64,000 nucleotides of DNA from an uncultured Gemmatimonadaceae bacterium (GCA_963829055.1 CAWHHI010000020.1:608001-672000), one strand, 5' to 3'; positions 44,389-57,221 are shown, counted from the stretch's first letter. A program made the numbers and translations. The notes: generated from the sequence alone by a model not told the origin.

Positions 44389-45271
44389 GTGACTGAATCG
44401 GTGACGACCCAGACACCGACGGCGGCCGCGCCGCCGTCGGTGCAGGCCGCGCCGCAGTCGCTCATGCGGCGGCTGTTCACGCTGCGCGAATCCCGCCGCC
44501 GCTCGTCAAGCGCGCAGTCGGGATCGCCGGCGTCGGCCTCGGCGTGTTCGTCTGGTTCCTGCTCACGCTCGGCTCCACGCCCGAGACACGCATCGTCTCG
44601 CCGGTCGTGCTGCCGAGCCCGGGGAAGTGCTCCGCAGCATCCCGACGCTGTTCACGCGAGCGCGGACTCGTCGCGAGCACGGCGGCGACGCTCGCGTCGC
44701 GTCCTCAGCGGCTTCGGGCTGGCGATCCTCGTCGGCGTGCCGTTAGGCATTCTCGCCGGCGCGTACCGCATCTTCGACGCGTTCACCGGACCGATCTCGC
44801 TGTTCTGCGCAACATTCCGGTCGCCGTGCTGATCCCGCTCACGATTCTGTGGTTCGGCATCGACGAGACGCAGAAGACGATGTTCATCTTCATCGCCACG
44901 GCGCCGTTCGTGTTCTTCGACGCGGCGCGCGCCGTGGCCGGCGTGCACGACCGCTACGTCGAGACGGCGCAGACGTTAGGCGCGTCGCCGCGCGCAGGTC
45001 GTGACGAAGGTGCTCATCCCGCTCGCGATGCCCGACATCTACTACAGCCTGCGCAGCCTGTTCGGTCTCGCGTTCGGCTACATCATGCTCGCCGAGCTCG
45101 TGAACGCGGAGCACGGGCTGGGCTACCTGCTGATGATCGAGCCAGCGACGCGGGCTCACCGAGCACATCTTCGCGATCCTCATCGTGATCGGGCTGCTCG
45201 CGTACGGGATCGACCGGCTGCTGTACTGGTTCCAGCGCGGGCTGTTCCCGTATCGGACCGAAGACGACTGA
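44389..45271 (+). CDS. ABC transporter permease (SsuC/TauC type; frameshifted)
   Basis: VLPSP, VGVPLGI, RNIPVAVLIPLTILWFGIDE, YVETAQTLGAS, IMLAELVNAEHGLG. Confidence 0.85.
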
Positions 45272-45278
45272 CACGACC

Positions 45279-46153
45279 GTGACGCACGAACGACAGCCAG
45301 CGCGCGAGCGCCGGCGCCACCGCCGGCCGCGGCGCCGCCGGCTCGCGCCGCCGGTCGTCCTGTTCGACCACGTGACGAAGACCTACGACAACGGCTTCAC
45401 GGCGATCAAGGACGTGTCGTTCGTCGTCGAGGACATTCCGAACGAAGATGGAGTTCATCACCATCCTCGGTCCGTCGGGCTGCGGGAAGTCGACGGTGCT
45501 GCGACTCATCGCGGGACTGACGCCGCAGTATCCGGCGACGTCGGGCACGGTGCTCGTCGTCGGGCAAGCCGGTGCTCGGTCCCGGGCGCCGATCGCGGCA
45601 TGGTCTTTCAGGATTACTCGTCGTTCGACAATCGCACGGTCGAGGACAACGTCGCGTTCGGGCTCGAGTGCCGCGGTGTTGCCGCCGAGCGAGCGGCGCG
45701 AGCGCGCGCGCGAGTGGATCAGCAAGGTCGGCCTCGACGTCGATCGCGATGCGGCGAAGTATCCGCACCAGCTCTCGGGCGGCATGCGTCAGCGCGTCGC
45801 CATCGCGCGGACGCTCATCCTGAATCCGCGCATCATCCTGATGGACGAGCCGTTCGGCGCGCTCGATCCGTCGCACGCGGCTCAGCATGCAGGACATGCT
45901 CGTGTCGCTGTCGCGCGAGGCGCAGGCGACGGTCTTCTTCGTCACGCACTCCATCGAGGAAGCCGTCTACCTCGGCGACCGGACGTACGTCGTTCTCGTC
46001 GTGCCCGGGAACGATTCTCAAGGAGCTGCGCGGTGCCGCCGCCGGACTTCCCGGCGAAGCGAGATGCAGCGGCAGCCCGAGTTCATGGAGATCGTGTTCG
46101 AGATTCGCGACATGGTGGAGTCGCTCGAGATCGTCGACTCGCGCGGGGGATGA
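45279..46153 (+). CDS. ABC transporter ATP-binding protein (SsuB/TauB type; frameshifted)
   Basis: [51 protein letters not shown]. Confidence 0.92.
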
Positions 46154-47114
46154 GTGAGCCCGCGCGTGGCACACCGGACCGGCGGAGCTCGTCGCTGATG
46201 GCGCCTAACGACTCGTCCGGCGCCAGACTCGGCGCCTACGTCAAGCACGCGTTCCTCTACCCCTGGAACCTGCTGTTCTTCCTCGGCGGCGCGCGCGCTG
46301 GCGGCAATGTCGCCGCAGGCCCGACGCATTCCTGCCGATCATCGGCGGACTCGAGCTCGCGTACCTCACGGGCCTGCTCGTCGATCCCACGCTTCCGCAC
46401 CGCGATCGACGCGAAGATCGCGGCGAAGGCGCGCGAGGCGAGCGCGCGACGCGCCGCGCGTCGAGCCGTCGAGCCAGCAGTCGCTCGAGCGCATTCTCGA
46501 GTCGCTGCCGGCGCCGGCGCTTCGCGCGCTTCCTGCTGCTGCGCCAGCGCTGCTTCGAGATGCGCTCCATCGCGTCGCGGCATTCGCGGCCAGGCGGACC
46601 GGCACGCGCGACTCGGCCGAGATCGATTCGGACGCCGGCGCTCGATCGACTGCTCTATCTGTTCCTGCGGCTGCTCGTGTCGCAGAACGGGCTCGATCGC
46701 TTTCTGCGCAGCACGAGCGAGAAGGAGCTCGACGCGCAAGCTCGACGGACATGCGCACGCGCTTCGAGGCGGCGAAGACCGGCCGGCGACGAACGCGTGA
46801 CGCAACTCGCTGCAGGACAGCGTCGCGGACGCCGAGCTGCGGCTCGACAACTATCGGAAGGCGACGAAGGACGCGGAGTTCGTGGCGATCGAGCTCGATC
46901 GCATCGAGACGAAGATCCAGGCGCTCATCGAGATGGGTGTGAGCCGCCAGGACCCCGAGACTACCTGAGCCATCAGGTGACGGCGGCGGCGGAGAGCATG
47001 CAGCACACGGAGGCCGCGGTGAACCAGCTGCAGCATTTGACCGGCCTCGCCGACTCAGATCGACGAGCCACCGGCGATTCTCGAGGCGACCATTGGCGGA
47101 CTGGTGGCGCGTGA
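46150..47114 (+). CDS. Hypothetical membrane-anchored helical/coiled-coil protein (heavily frameshifted)
   Basis: Joined frames read [56 protein letters not shown]; overlaps both neighbours. Confidence 0.65.
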
Positions 47115-48958
47115 CCGCTGAGTCGATCGCCGCGCACGCGCCGCGTTCAGGACGCCGCGCGCGTCGAAGCGCGGAGCTGCCGGCGTGGTATCCGCCGTGG
47201 GCGCGAGTCGCTCGCCGAGCAGTACTTCTCCGGCACGGCGTCGGTGTTCGTGCTGCACGGCAACACGTACGACCTCGTTCCGCTCGTCGACCCTGACGCG
47301 GACGGCGCGGCGGACTACGGGACGGTTCCCGATTTTCTGGCCGAGCAGCTGTTCGGCCGCTGGGATCTCGTGCTGCACTACGATCTCGGTCGCGGACTGC
47401 GCGTCGTTCGCCGGGCGCAGTGAGAAACGACTCAAGGAGATGGTCGCGCTGGCGACGCGCCGCATCGGCGATCTGTCGACGGTGAAGAACGATCCGGCGA
47501 TCGTGATCGGGCTGCTCGATCTGCTCGTGCGCGACAACGTGATGGCGGCGCCGGAGAAGCGGCTCAAGATCGCGATTCTGATCAACCAGGCGTCGTTTCT
47601 GTTCCCCGCCGGCGAGCCCGGTCGAACGAGCTTCGCCGGCGTCCGGCATGCTCGTGACGCTGCTCAACTGGGCGACGAGCACGCACGTGAAGCATCTCGA
47701 GATGGCGTGCGTGCTCATCGACGAGCGGCGGAGTGACGTGAGCGATCGCGTGACGGGCAATCCGCACGTCGCGACGGTCGAGGTGCCGCTGCCCGTCGGA
47801 GGACGAGCGCCTCGCGTTCCTGCGCGACGTCGCGACTCGCGGCGCGAACGGATCGGGCGTCGCCGATTGGTCGCGCGCGTCGGACTACACGCGTGGAGCA
47901 GCTCGCGACGCTCAGCGCCGGCATGTCGCTCAACGATCTGCGGCACGCTGGTCGCGTGCGGCGACACGCGGCGGGCCGCGTCTCGACTCGCAGCGTGTTC
48001 CGCGATCTCAAGAAGCGCCTGCTCGAACGCCAGGGACAGGGGCTGCTGGAGTTCATCGAGCCGAAGTGGAAGCTCGACACCGTCATCGGCCACGAGGCGG
48101 CGAAGCAGCGGCTGCGCGACGACGCGGCGTTGCTCGCGCGCGGCGCGCTGGACTGCGTGCCGATGGGCTATCTGCTCTGCGGACCGGTCGGAACCGGCAA
48201 GTCGTTTCTCGCGATGTGTGCGGCCGGCGAGATCGGCATCCCGTGCGTGATGCTCAAGAACTTCCGCTCGAAGTACGTCGGCGAGACGGAGGGCAATCTC
48301 GAGCGCGTGCTGTCGGTGCTCCGCGCAATGGGCCCGGTGATGGTGGTCATCGACGAGGCCGACGCGGCGTTAGGCGACCGCGATACCGAGGGTGACTCCG
48401 GGACGTCGAGCCGCGTGTTCGGCATGATCGCGACGCAGATGGGCGACACGCGTTATCGCGGCAAGATCCTGTGGATGCTGCTCACCGCGCGGCCGGATCT
48501 GCTGCCGATCGACATCAAGCGCCAGGGCCGCGCCGAGGTGCACATTCCGCTGTTCTATCCGTTCGGAGGACGACGAGCTGCGGAAGATGTTCGTCATGCT
48601 CGCGAAGAAGCTCGGGACGACGCTGCGCGAGGAGGACGTGCCGCCGGTGCTCCGCGGAGCACAAGGGCATGCTGTCGGGCGCGGACATCGAGGGCATCGT
48701 GGCGCGCGCGTGGCGGCGGTCGCTGCTCGTCGGGCGCGAAGGTCGGTCACGCCCGAAGCGCTGGCCGAGGTGATCGCGCAGTTCCTTCCGTCGACGCAGG
48801 GGCTGGAGAAGGAGCTGCAGGAGACGGCGGCGATCATCGAGTGTACGGATCGCGAGTTTCTGCCGCCGGCGATCGTGGCCGAGGTGGAGCGGGCTGGTGG
48901 GCGCGGGCCGCTGCAGCAGCGCCTAACGGCGCTCAAGGAGATGGTGGCGCGGCTCTAG
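47111..48958 (+). CDS. Classical-clade AAA+ ATPase with a degenerate N-terminal module (frameshifted)
   Basis: Walker A GPVGTGKS, pore loop SKYVGETEGNL, Walker B VVIDEAD, SRH TARPDLLPIDIKRQGR, LSGADIEGIV. Confidence 0.88.
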
Positions 48959-48979
48959 TCGTGTGCGACGGGGCTGGGC

Positions 48980-49182
48980 CGGCGTCATCCCGGCGTGCTG
49001 GCCAGTCACTCAGCACGTCAGCACTGAGTATGAGGTGTCAGGCGTCAGTCTCCGAGCCCAGTAACCAGTCCGCCGCAACCCAGCGCGACCCAAGCCGGCG
49101 GATACGGGGCCTGATGCCTGACACCTGCTGCTGAGCAGTCGCTGACGCACTTGGTACTGGCCATGCCGCCGCCGGATGCTGT
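48980..49182. repeat. ~200 bp imperfect palindrome between convergent genes
   Basis: AGGTGTCAGGCGTCAG pairs with CTGATGCCTGACACCT; TGGCCAGT with ACTGGCCA; CATCCCGGCG with CGCCGGATG. Confidence 0.7.
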
Positions 49183-49194
49183 CCCGTTAGCAGT

Positions 49195-51948
49195 TTATTC
49201 GCCCGCAACGCGATGATGGGGTCGACTCGCGCCGCCCGTCCGTGTCGGTACGACGGCCGCCAGCAGCGCGACGCCGAACAGCACCGCGGCCGCAAGCGCG
49301 AACGCCAGCGGGTCGCGTGCCGACGTCTGGAACAGCAGCGGCGCCACCGTCGGACCGGCGGCGATCGCGATCGCGAAGCCGATCACCGCCCCGACGATCG
49401 CCACGCGCACCGCGCCGTCCGATCACCATGCGGCCGATGTCGCGCGTCCCTGCGCCTAGCGCCACGCGGATGCCGAGCTCGCGGATGCCGCCGCGAGACA
49501 TCGTACGCGAGCACGCTGTAGAGGCCTAACGCCGCGACGACGACCGCCAGCAGGCCGAACACGCCGAACGCCGTGGCACCCAGCTGCCACGCGCGCATCT
49601 GCGGGTTCACCAGCGTCGTCGAGCGGCTGCACGTCGATGAACGGCGCGTCCGGGACGCGCGTCTGCAGTTCGCGCCGCAGCGACTTCCACCGCCTTGCCG
49701 CGATCACCGACCGGTCGCACGAACAGCACGCGACTGTGCGACCAGGCTGGGCGCCTGGTCGAGCGGCACGAAGAACTGCACGGCCGGGTCCTCGAGGAGC
49801 GCGGAAGCGGCGGGAATTCTCCGACGACGCCGACGATCTGGGCGCACGGCATGGTGTCGCCGCCGACCTTCATGCAGTGACCGATCGCTTCCTCGTTAGG
49901 CCACCAGAGCTCGGCCAGCGTCTTGTTCACGACCACCACGCGCGCCGACGTGCCCCGGTCGGCCTCGGTGAAGCCGCGCCCGCGCAGAATCGCGTATCCC
50001 CATCGTCCGGAAGAAGTCGCTCGCGACGGCGTTGAAGTACGGACCGCCTGCGCGCGTGAGCGGCAGCGAGTCTCGGCCGGGCACCTTCACCTCCTCGGCC
50101 CAGAGCGTAGAGAACGGCAGACCGCCGGCGACGCGCCGCATGCTCGACGCCCGGCGCCGCCCGCGCCGCAGTCGAGCAGCCGCGTGTACAGCGCGTCGAT
50201 CTCCGACGTCGCGCGATGCGCATGCCGGACGTGCGCACCTTGACGACCAAGCACACGATCAGTCTCCAGACCTAACGGCAGCGCCTGAATGCGCTCGCAG
50301 GCTGCGCACGAAGAGCACGGCGCCCGACGAGAAACACGACCGTCAGCGCCGCCTGCGTGACGAGGAGCAGCACGTCCGCGTGCGCGAACGCACCGGGCCG
50401 CCGCTCTGGCGCCGGCGCGCAGCGCGTCCGAAACCGCAGGGCGACTCGACTGCAGGGCCGGGAAGCAGACCGCTCACGATCCCCGCCAGCGACCGCGGCG
50501 ATCGCCGTGTAGGCCACGAGACGCAGATCGACGGCGCGGCCGGCGGCGAGTCGGACGTGAAGAGCACGCGCCGGACGAGACCACCGCCCCACACGGTCAC
50601 GATGATCGCGGCGATACCGGCCGCGAGCGCGAGCAGCACCGTCTCGCACACGAGCTGCCTGACGAGTCGCGACCGCGATCGATGCCGAGCGCGATTCGCA
50701 CCGCGACCTCACGCTGGCGCGCGATACCGCGCGCGAGCTGCAGGTTCGCGACGTTGGCGCATGCGATGAGCAGCACGAGGAGCGATACCGCGCCGAGCAG
50801 GACGGCGACCTTCGCGTCGGTGCTGTCCGCGCGGGCCTCGTCGCGGCAGCACCGAGACGAGCATGCACGCTCGGGCTCAGCGTCGCGATCTCACGAGGCG
50901 ACTCGCCGTCGCGAACGATCGCCCGCGCGCAGCGCCGCCGTCGCGATCGCCGATGCCCGCTCGGGCGTCACGCCGGCCGTGAGACGCGCGCGATGATCTG
51001 AAGCCAGTAGCCTGACGACTGCGCAACCATCTCTGCGTACTCCTCCGCGCGTGACGTTGGCCGTGAGCGGCACCCAGGCGTCGACGACTTCGCTCGTCAC
51101 GCCGGTGAAGCCCTGCGGCGCGACGCCGACCACGGTGTATGGTCGTCGCCGATCGTGAGCGTACGACCGATCGCCGACCGGTCTGCCCTCGAACTGTCGC
51201 TGCCAGAATCCGTAGCCGAGGACGAGCACTCGCGGCGCGGTCGGGTTGCCATCCTCTTCGGGGAGGAAGAAGCGGCCGACCGCGGGCCGCACGCCGAGCG
51301 TCGTGAAGTAGTTCGCGGAGACGCGCATGCCGCGCAGCTCATGCGCGTCGCGCCCGCGACCGAATCGCCATGTCGTCGGGCGAATACGCCGCGACCTGCT
51401 CGAACGCCGACGCGGCCGATCGCATGTCGCGATAGATCGGGTACGACAGGACGCGCTGCTGGCGCGTCGTTGCCGTCGACGCGTCGGCCCAACTCGCGGA
51501 CACTGACGACGCGTCGCGGATCGGTGACGTGCGCCGGCGCGCGCAGCAGCAGGCGGTCGATCGACGCCGAACATCGTGACGTTCGCGCCGATGCCTAACG
51601 CCAGCACGAGCACGACGACGGCGGCGAACCCGGGCTGCGATGCGGAGCGAGCGCGCGGAGTACGCGAGGTCCTGGCCGAGCGTCTCCCACCACGCCTGTC
51701 GTCGCTCGCGCGTCAGCCGCCGCTGGTCGACGCGCGCGATCTCGGCTCGTGCCTCGGCGACGTCGCCGAACTCGCGCGCCGCAATGTCACGGGCGACGTC
51801 GGCTGGCGTGCCTCGCGCGACGAGCTCGGCGACGCGGCTCTCGAGGTGGAAGCGGATCTCGTCGTCGACGTCGCGCTGAACGCGGCGGCCGGACTCCGGG
51901 AGGTTGAGCAGGCGGCGAATGCCGCTCACGCGCATTCTCGCGGCTCAT
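49195..51948 (-). CDS. Duplicated MacB/FtsX-type orphan permease (ADOP family; heavily frameshifted)
   Basis: [11 protein letters not shown] prefix domain, [48 protein letters not shown]. Confidence 0.85.
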
Positions 51949-52302
51949 GCTGGTGCCCTCCCTTCGGCCGACTCGAGGATGCGGAACACCGCTTCGACGT
52001 AGCGCGTCCAGCTCGCGGCCTTGGTCTGGAGCTGACGGCGTGCCGGCGGCGGTCAGCTGATAGTAGCGCGCGCGCCGGTTGTTCTCGGAGAGTCCCCACT
52101 CGCTCTCGATGAGGCCGTTCTCCTCGAGCCGGTGGAGTGCGAGGTAGAGCGCGCGGTCCTCGACGAGGATGACGTCTTCGCTCGTCTCGCGGATCCAGCG
52201 GGCGACGGCGTAGCCGTGGCGCGGGCCCCAGGCGAGGGTGCGGAGGACGAGGAGGTCCAGCGTCCCCTGCAGGAGCATCGGTTCGGCGGCGGCGTTCGGC
52301 AT
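51945..52302 (-). CDS. PadR-family transcriptional regulator
   Basis: LLQGTLDLLVLRTL...HGYAVARWI...LYLALHRLE...WGLSENNRRARYYQLT; directly upstream of the permease. Confidence 0.9.
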
Positions 52303-52486
52303 CGCGTGCTTCCCCGGAGTGGCTCCGGGGAAGGTTGTCATGGGGACGGACCTTCGCAAGTGCTGGCTGGGAGCCCGTCAACGCGAGCGGCAGCGAGGCG
52401 ACCTGCGTGAGTACTCGTGGCCGGCCTGGCTACGATGACTTCACAGAAGGTCCGCATCGCTGACGCTCGCGGATGACAGCGAGCTT

Positions 52487-53749
52487 CTACTGACACGCCG
52501 CCACCGCCTCGCGCAGCAGCGGAAGCACCGCGCTCGATCTCGGCCATCGACACGGCGCCGACGGAGAGTCGGAACCAGCCCGTGTCTTCCTTCACGCCGA
52601 ACGCCTGGAATGGCACGACGCCGAAGCCCGCCGCCTTCAGCAGGTAGCGGCGGACGTCGTCGTTCGTGCGCAGCGTCTGGCCGTCCGGGGTCCGCTTGCC
52701 GTTCAGCGCGAAGCGCGCGCTCAGGTAGATCGCGCCCATCGGCAGCCGTCGCGTCGACCGGCAGGCCGTCGGCCCGCATCGCCATGATGCCGTCGTACAG
52801 CGCGTCGAGGCGCTGGCGCAGCGCCGGCCGTGAGTCGGCGTCGCGATACGTGCGCGACCTCGTTAGGCGCGTCGAGCAGCTTCGCGGTCGCGATCTGCTC
52901 CGCGCGCGGCGCCCACGCGCCGACGTGGCCGAGGAAGTTGTTCATCGAGTCGATGATGTCTTCGCGGCCCGACGACCCAGCCCACGCGCACGCCCGTCGC
53001 CGCGAACGCCTTCGAGATGCCGTCGACGTAGATCGTGTACGGCGCCATCTCCGGACGCAGCGACACCGGGTCCACGTGCCGCGTGTCGCCGAACGTGAGC
53101 ATCCAGTAGACCTGGTCGTACATGACGTACAGCGGCCGCTCGCCGGCGCCGCGCCGCGCGTTCTCCTCGAGCACCAGGTCGCAGATCTCGCCTAACGCTT
53201 CCGGCGTGAACGCCGTGCCGGTCGGGTTGAGCGGCGAGTTGAGCGAGAGGAGCCGCGCGCCACGGATCACCGGCGCGAGCAGCTCGCGCGTCGGGCAGGA
53301 ACGTCGTCGTCGCGCGACGTCGGCACCGGGACGGCGACCGCGCCGGTCAGGTGACAGTAGTGGTTGTTGTTCCACGACGGCACCGGGAACACGACGCGAT
53401 CGCCGGGATCGACGAGCGTGCGGAACGTGCCGTAGATGCCCGGGCGCGAACCGGCACGTGACGAGCACCGAGCTCGCCGGGATAGTCGAGTCCCAGCCCG
53501 CGCTCGTAGAACCGCCGCACGGATTCGCGAAGCGGCGCGACGCCGTTGGACGGCGGATAGTTCGTCTCGCCGCGGCGCAGCGCCTCGGCGATCTCGTTCT
53601 CGAGGAACTTCGGGATCCGGAATTCCGCCGGCGAGAAGTCGCCGACGGTCAGGTTGCACACGCGCTGTGCCGGCCTCGGTCATCGCGCGAATCTCGCCGG
53701 CGATCCGCAGGATCTCCGAGCCGGACATGCCTTCCGACATTGCCGACAT
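52487..53749 (-). CDS. PLP-dependent aminotransferase class I/II (frameshifted; start may lie further upstream)
   Basis: SEILRIA, NLTVGDF, NSPLNPTG, YDQVY, DGISKAFAATGVRVGW, WFRLSVG. Confidence 0.88.
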
Positions 53750-54233
53750 GCGGCGTGCTACTTCGGTCGACTGCTGACGGTGTCGATCGTGCCTGTGGCA
53801 GATCCTGGTTCGAACATGTCGCAGCCTCGGGTGCGAGTGAGCGGCGCGCGGAGACGCGTCGCGGCGGAAAAGATCGGGCGGCGCTCCGGAAACTTATCGA
53901 CGCCAGCGCCGCGAGGTGAACGCCAAGATCACCATAGATCACATGCCGCGGTGTAGGGTCACGTCGGCCGGGCTCGACGCGATGACGCTCCAGCGGTCCG
54001 CGCGATGCGCTCCATGGCGCGCGACCGGCCGTGTGGGTCGGTCGTCTCTCACGCGAGCGGCTCGCGCAGCTTCCATCGCACGCGTCAAGTCCACCGCCAT
54101 CCGAGCGACGCACTCGCTCTTCACCTTGGCCGAACCACTCGCCCGCCACCTCGTTCCCGGTCGACGGCATCGAAGTCCCGATTCACGACGGACCGCCCAC
54201 ACCGGCTGCCGACACCGGCGGTCGCGCCTCGCG

Positions 54234-55384
54234 ATGGCACTGCTCGCGTACGTCGCGCTCGATCACGGCCGTCGTCACGCTGCTGCCGTTCCAGTTCGCG
54301 CTCCCGACCGAGCCGCGCGTGATGCTCACCGGCGGGCTGTTCGACGTGCTGGCGAACGTCGGTCTGTTCGTGCCGCTCGGCTTTCTGTACGCGGTCGCTC
54401 GACAGGACGCGAGCCGTGCCGCCCGCGCGAGTCTTGCCTCGTGGCGCTGCTCGCGAGCGCGTCGATCGAGTCGGTGCAGCTCTTCGAGGTAACACGATTC
54501 GCGTCGCTGTCGGACGTGCTCGCCAACGGATGCCGGCGCCTACCTCGGCGCGGTGCTCCAGCGGCGCCTGTCCCGACGCATTGCGATGGACGCGCGGACC
54601 GTCGGGCGGCTGTCGCTCGAGCTGCCGCTCATGGCGACTCGTCTATCTGCTCGTTCCGCTGCTCTGGCTGGACGGGCTCGCCGGCGCCGAATCGGCGACG
54701 CCGCTCTGGCCGCTGCTGGCGCTCGGACTGTTCGGAGCGAGCCTGCTCTCTGCGGCGCAACGACATCACTTCGGCCCGAACCATCTGCTGTCGCGCGAAG
54801 CTGATGGTCGCGGCCGCATGCGGGTGGTTTCTGCTGGGTGCGTTTCCCGGGCTCGCGCCGCGCGCGTCGATCGTGTTGCTTCTGATGCTCGCGGCGATCG
54901 GCGCGTTCGTCTGGGTGCGCTCGGAGGACCAGAAGCGGAGCGCGCTCGATCAACCGCCGCTTCGAGTCGAGGGCGCTCTCGGAAGCGGCTCCATTCTACG
55001 CCGCGTATCTGCTGCTGCTCGTCGCCCCGGTCGCCGGACTTTCGGCATCGTCATGGCGTGGCGCGCTGGGATTCGAGGCGACGCGGGGACTGGGGAACGA
55101 CCCCGGTGCTGCACATCGTCGAGACCGTGGCGGCGTTCACCTTGCTCGGCTACATGCTGGCCGAGTTCCGCGGCCGACGCGAGGCGCGATTTCGGGACGG
55201 TGTGCCGCACATGGCCGCCTGGTGCGGCGGTGCCGCGCTGGTGGCCGAGGTGCTCGAGGGGTTCCGCCAGGACGGCGGCGCGAGCGCCTGCGCTGGGCGC
55301 TTCTCGTCGTGGGCGTCGCTGTACGGCGCGTGGCTCTATCACCTGCAGCGGGCGCACGTTAGGCGACTGCTCGGGCGGGCGTAA
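54234..55384 (+). CDS. VanZ-family membrane protein (frameshifted, start approximate)
   Basis: TLLPF, DVLANVGLFVPLGFL, SIESVQLF...RFASLSDVLANG. Confidence 0.7.
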
Positions 55385-55482
55385 CGGCACACCCGAGCGC
55401 GACGGCGGCTCGACGAGGGTTCAACGCGCGCGGGACACGCTGGCGTAGAGGAAGGCGGACCCACCTTCCAGCCGAAGCCTCC

Positions 55483-57010
55483 ATGCCCCGCACGCTCTTC
55501 ATGCATCGCGTCGCCCTCGCCGCCCTGCTCTTCCCTGCCGTCGTCCAGGCGCAGGCGCCGAACCGCTCGCCGGCCGCCGGCGAGCCCAAAGTCGGTCCGC
55601 CACGAGGTACCGTGATCGTGGTGGGTGGTGGGTCGATGGGCCCGGAGATCTACTCCCAGTTCATCGAGGCGGCGGGAGGGCCGGACGCGCTCATCATCGA
55701 CGTGCCGAATGCCGGCGGCGCCGACTCGTACGGGCAGGACGCGCCGGGCACGCGCGGGTGGAAGGCGGCCGGCGCGAAGAACGTCCACGTCCTGTTCACG
55801 AAGGACCGGAAGATCGCGGACTCCGACTCGTTCGTGGCGGTGATCAAGAAGGCGGGCGGCGTCTGGTTCGAGGGTGGGCGCCAGTTCCACCTCGTGCGAG
55901 GACTACGGCGGTACCAAGACCGAGCAGGCGTTCCGCGATGTGCTCGCTCGCGGCGGTGTCGTCGGCGGATCGTCGGCAGGCGCCTCGATCCTCGGCGACT
56001 TCCTCGTGCGCGGTGCGCCGTCGAGCAACAACCGGATCATGGATTATCCGGGATGCGAGAAGGGATTCGCGTATCTGCGCGAACGTCGGCATCGATCAGC
56101 ATGTGGTGGCGCGCGAGCGACTGCCCGACCTCGCCGATTCCATCATGACGAAGTACCCGAAGATGCTCGCGATCTCGGAGGACGAGGGCACGGCGTGGGT
56201 AGTAAAGGGCGACACGGCGACGATCATCGGGCGGAACAAGGCATTCGTCTACGGCGGCAACGACCCGAACGGATCCTGGCGTTCCGTTCCTCACGCTGCG
56301 ACCGGGCGACATGTACAACCTCGCGACGCGGCGAGTCATGCATCGCGCGGTCAGCGACTCGCCGCTGACGCGTCGCGTTCGTCGATTCGATCTTCGCGAA
56401 ATACAACGACGCGTCCGCTGGCGGGGCGACGGTGCTCGTCGCGCAGGACGGGAAGGTGCTGGTGAACAAGTCGTGGGGAATTCCGCCGCAGGCGCGTTAC
56501 ATGCCGACGACGACGGTGCCGCAGTTCACGTTAGGCGCGATGTCCGGCGTGTTCACGACGTTGTGCTCGCAGATTCCCGAGCCGCCGCCAGGCCGGCCGA
56601 ATGCGGCCGCGCGCGACACGACGCAGCCGGACACGACGCCGAATCCGACAGCAGGGATGACGCCGTTTCAGCGGTGCGTCGCGCGGCAGATCAGCGGCCC
56701 GATCGGCATGCACAAGACGACGGCAACGCCGGATGGTCAGGTGCAGTCGAACGTCGACGAGCTGTACCGACTCGAGCTCGGGCTCGAGAATCCTCGCACG
56801 TGGAAAGACATCGACCCGACGAAAGGCTGGGAGGCGGACACGGCCAACGGCGTTGCGCGGCTCGGCGTCTACGGCGCCGAGGGCGGAAAGCGAAGCGCGT
56901 TCGTGCGGGTTCCGGACAAGAAGGCGGTGGTCATCATCCTCACGAACGATGACTCGGCGGACGCGAAGGGAATGGCTAACCGGATCGCGGAACGGCTACT
57001 CTCGCGTTAG
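55483..57010 (+). CDS. Exported cyanophycinase-like peptidase S51 with a C-terminal degenerate serine-hydrolase (beta-lactamase-fold) region (frameshifted)
   Basis: Signal peptide; VIVVGGG, GVWFEGGRQ, GGSSAGA, IDQH...RER, ISEDEGTA; tail ATVLVAQDGKVL...FVRVPDKKAVVIILTN. Confidence 0.75.
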
Positions 57011-57016
57011 GCCATG

Positions 57017-57211
57017 TTTGGCCGGCATCGCGATTCGTATCACCAGTAACATGTCGTGAGTCCTCAGTCGTCAGGCATCAGGTTTCAGTCCCGCCTGGCG
57101 AACGGCTTGGGTGGCCGTCGATGCGCCGACTCAAGACTCGACTGATGACTGATGACCGACGACTCACGAACTGAAAACTCACGACAGGCGCGAACGCTCG
57201 CGATGCCAGCC
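57017..57211 (+). repeat. Copy 1 of ~195 bp palindromic intergenic element (MITE/REPIN-like)
   Basis: Terminal inverted repeats GGCATCGCGA...TCGCGATGCC; internal GTCGTGAG/CTCACGAC arms and ACTGATG heptamers; homologous to 62353..62546 reverse-complemented. Confidence 0.85.
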
Positions 57212-57221
57212 GTGCTCGTTC

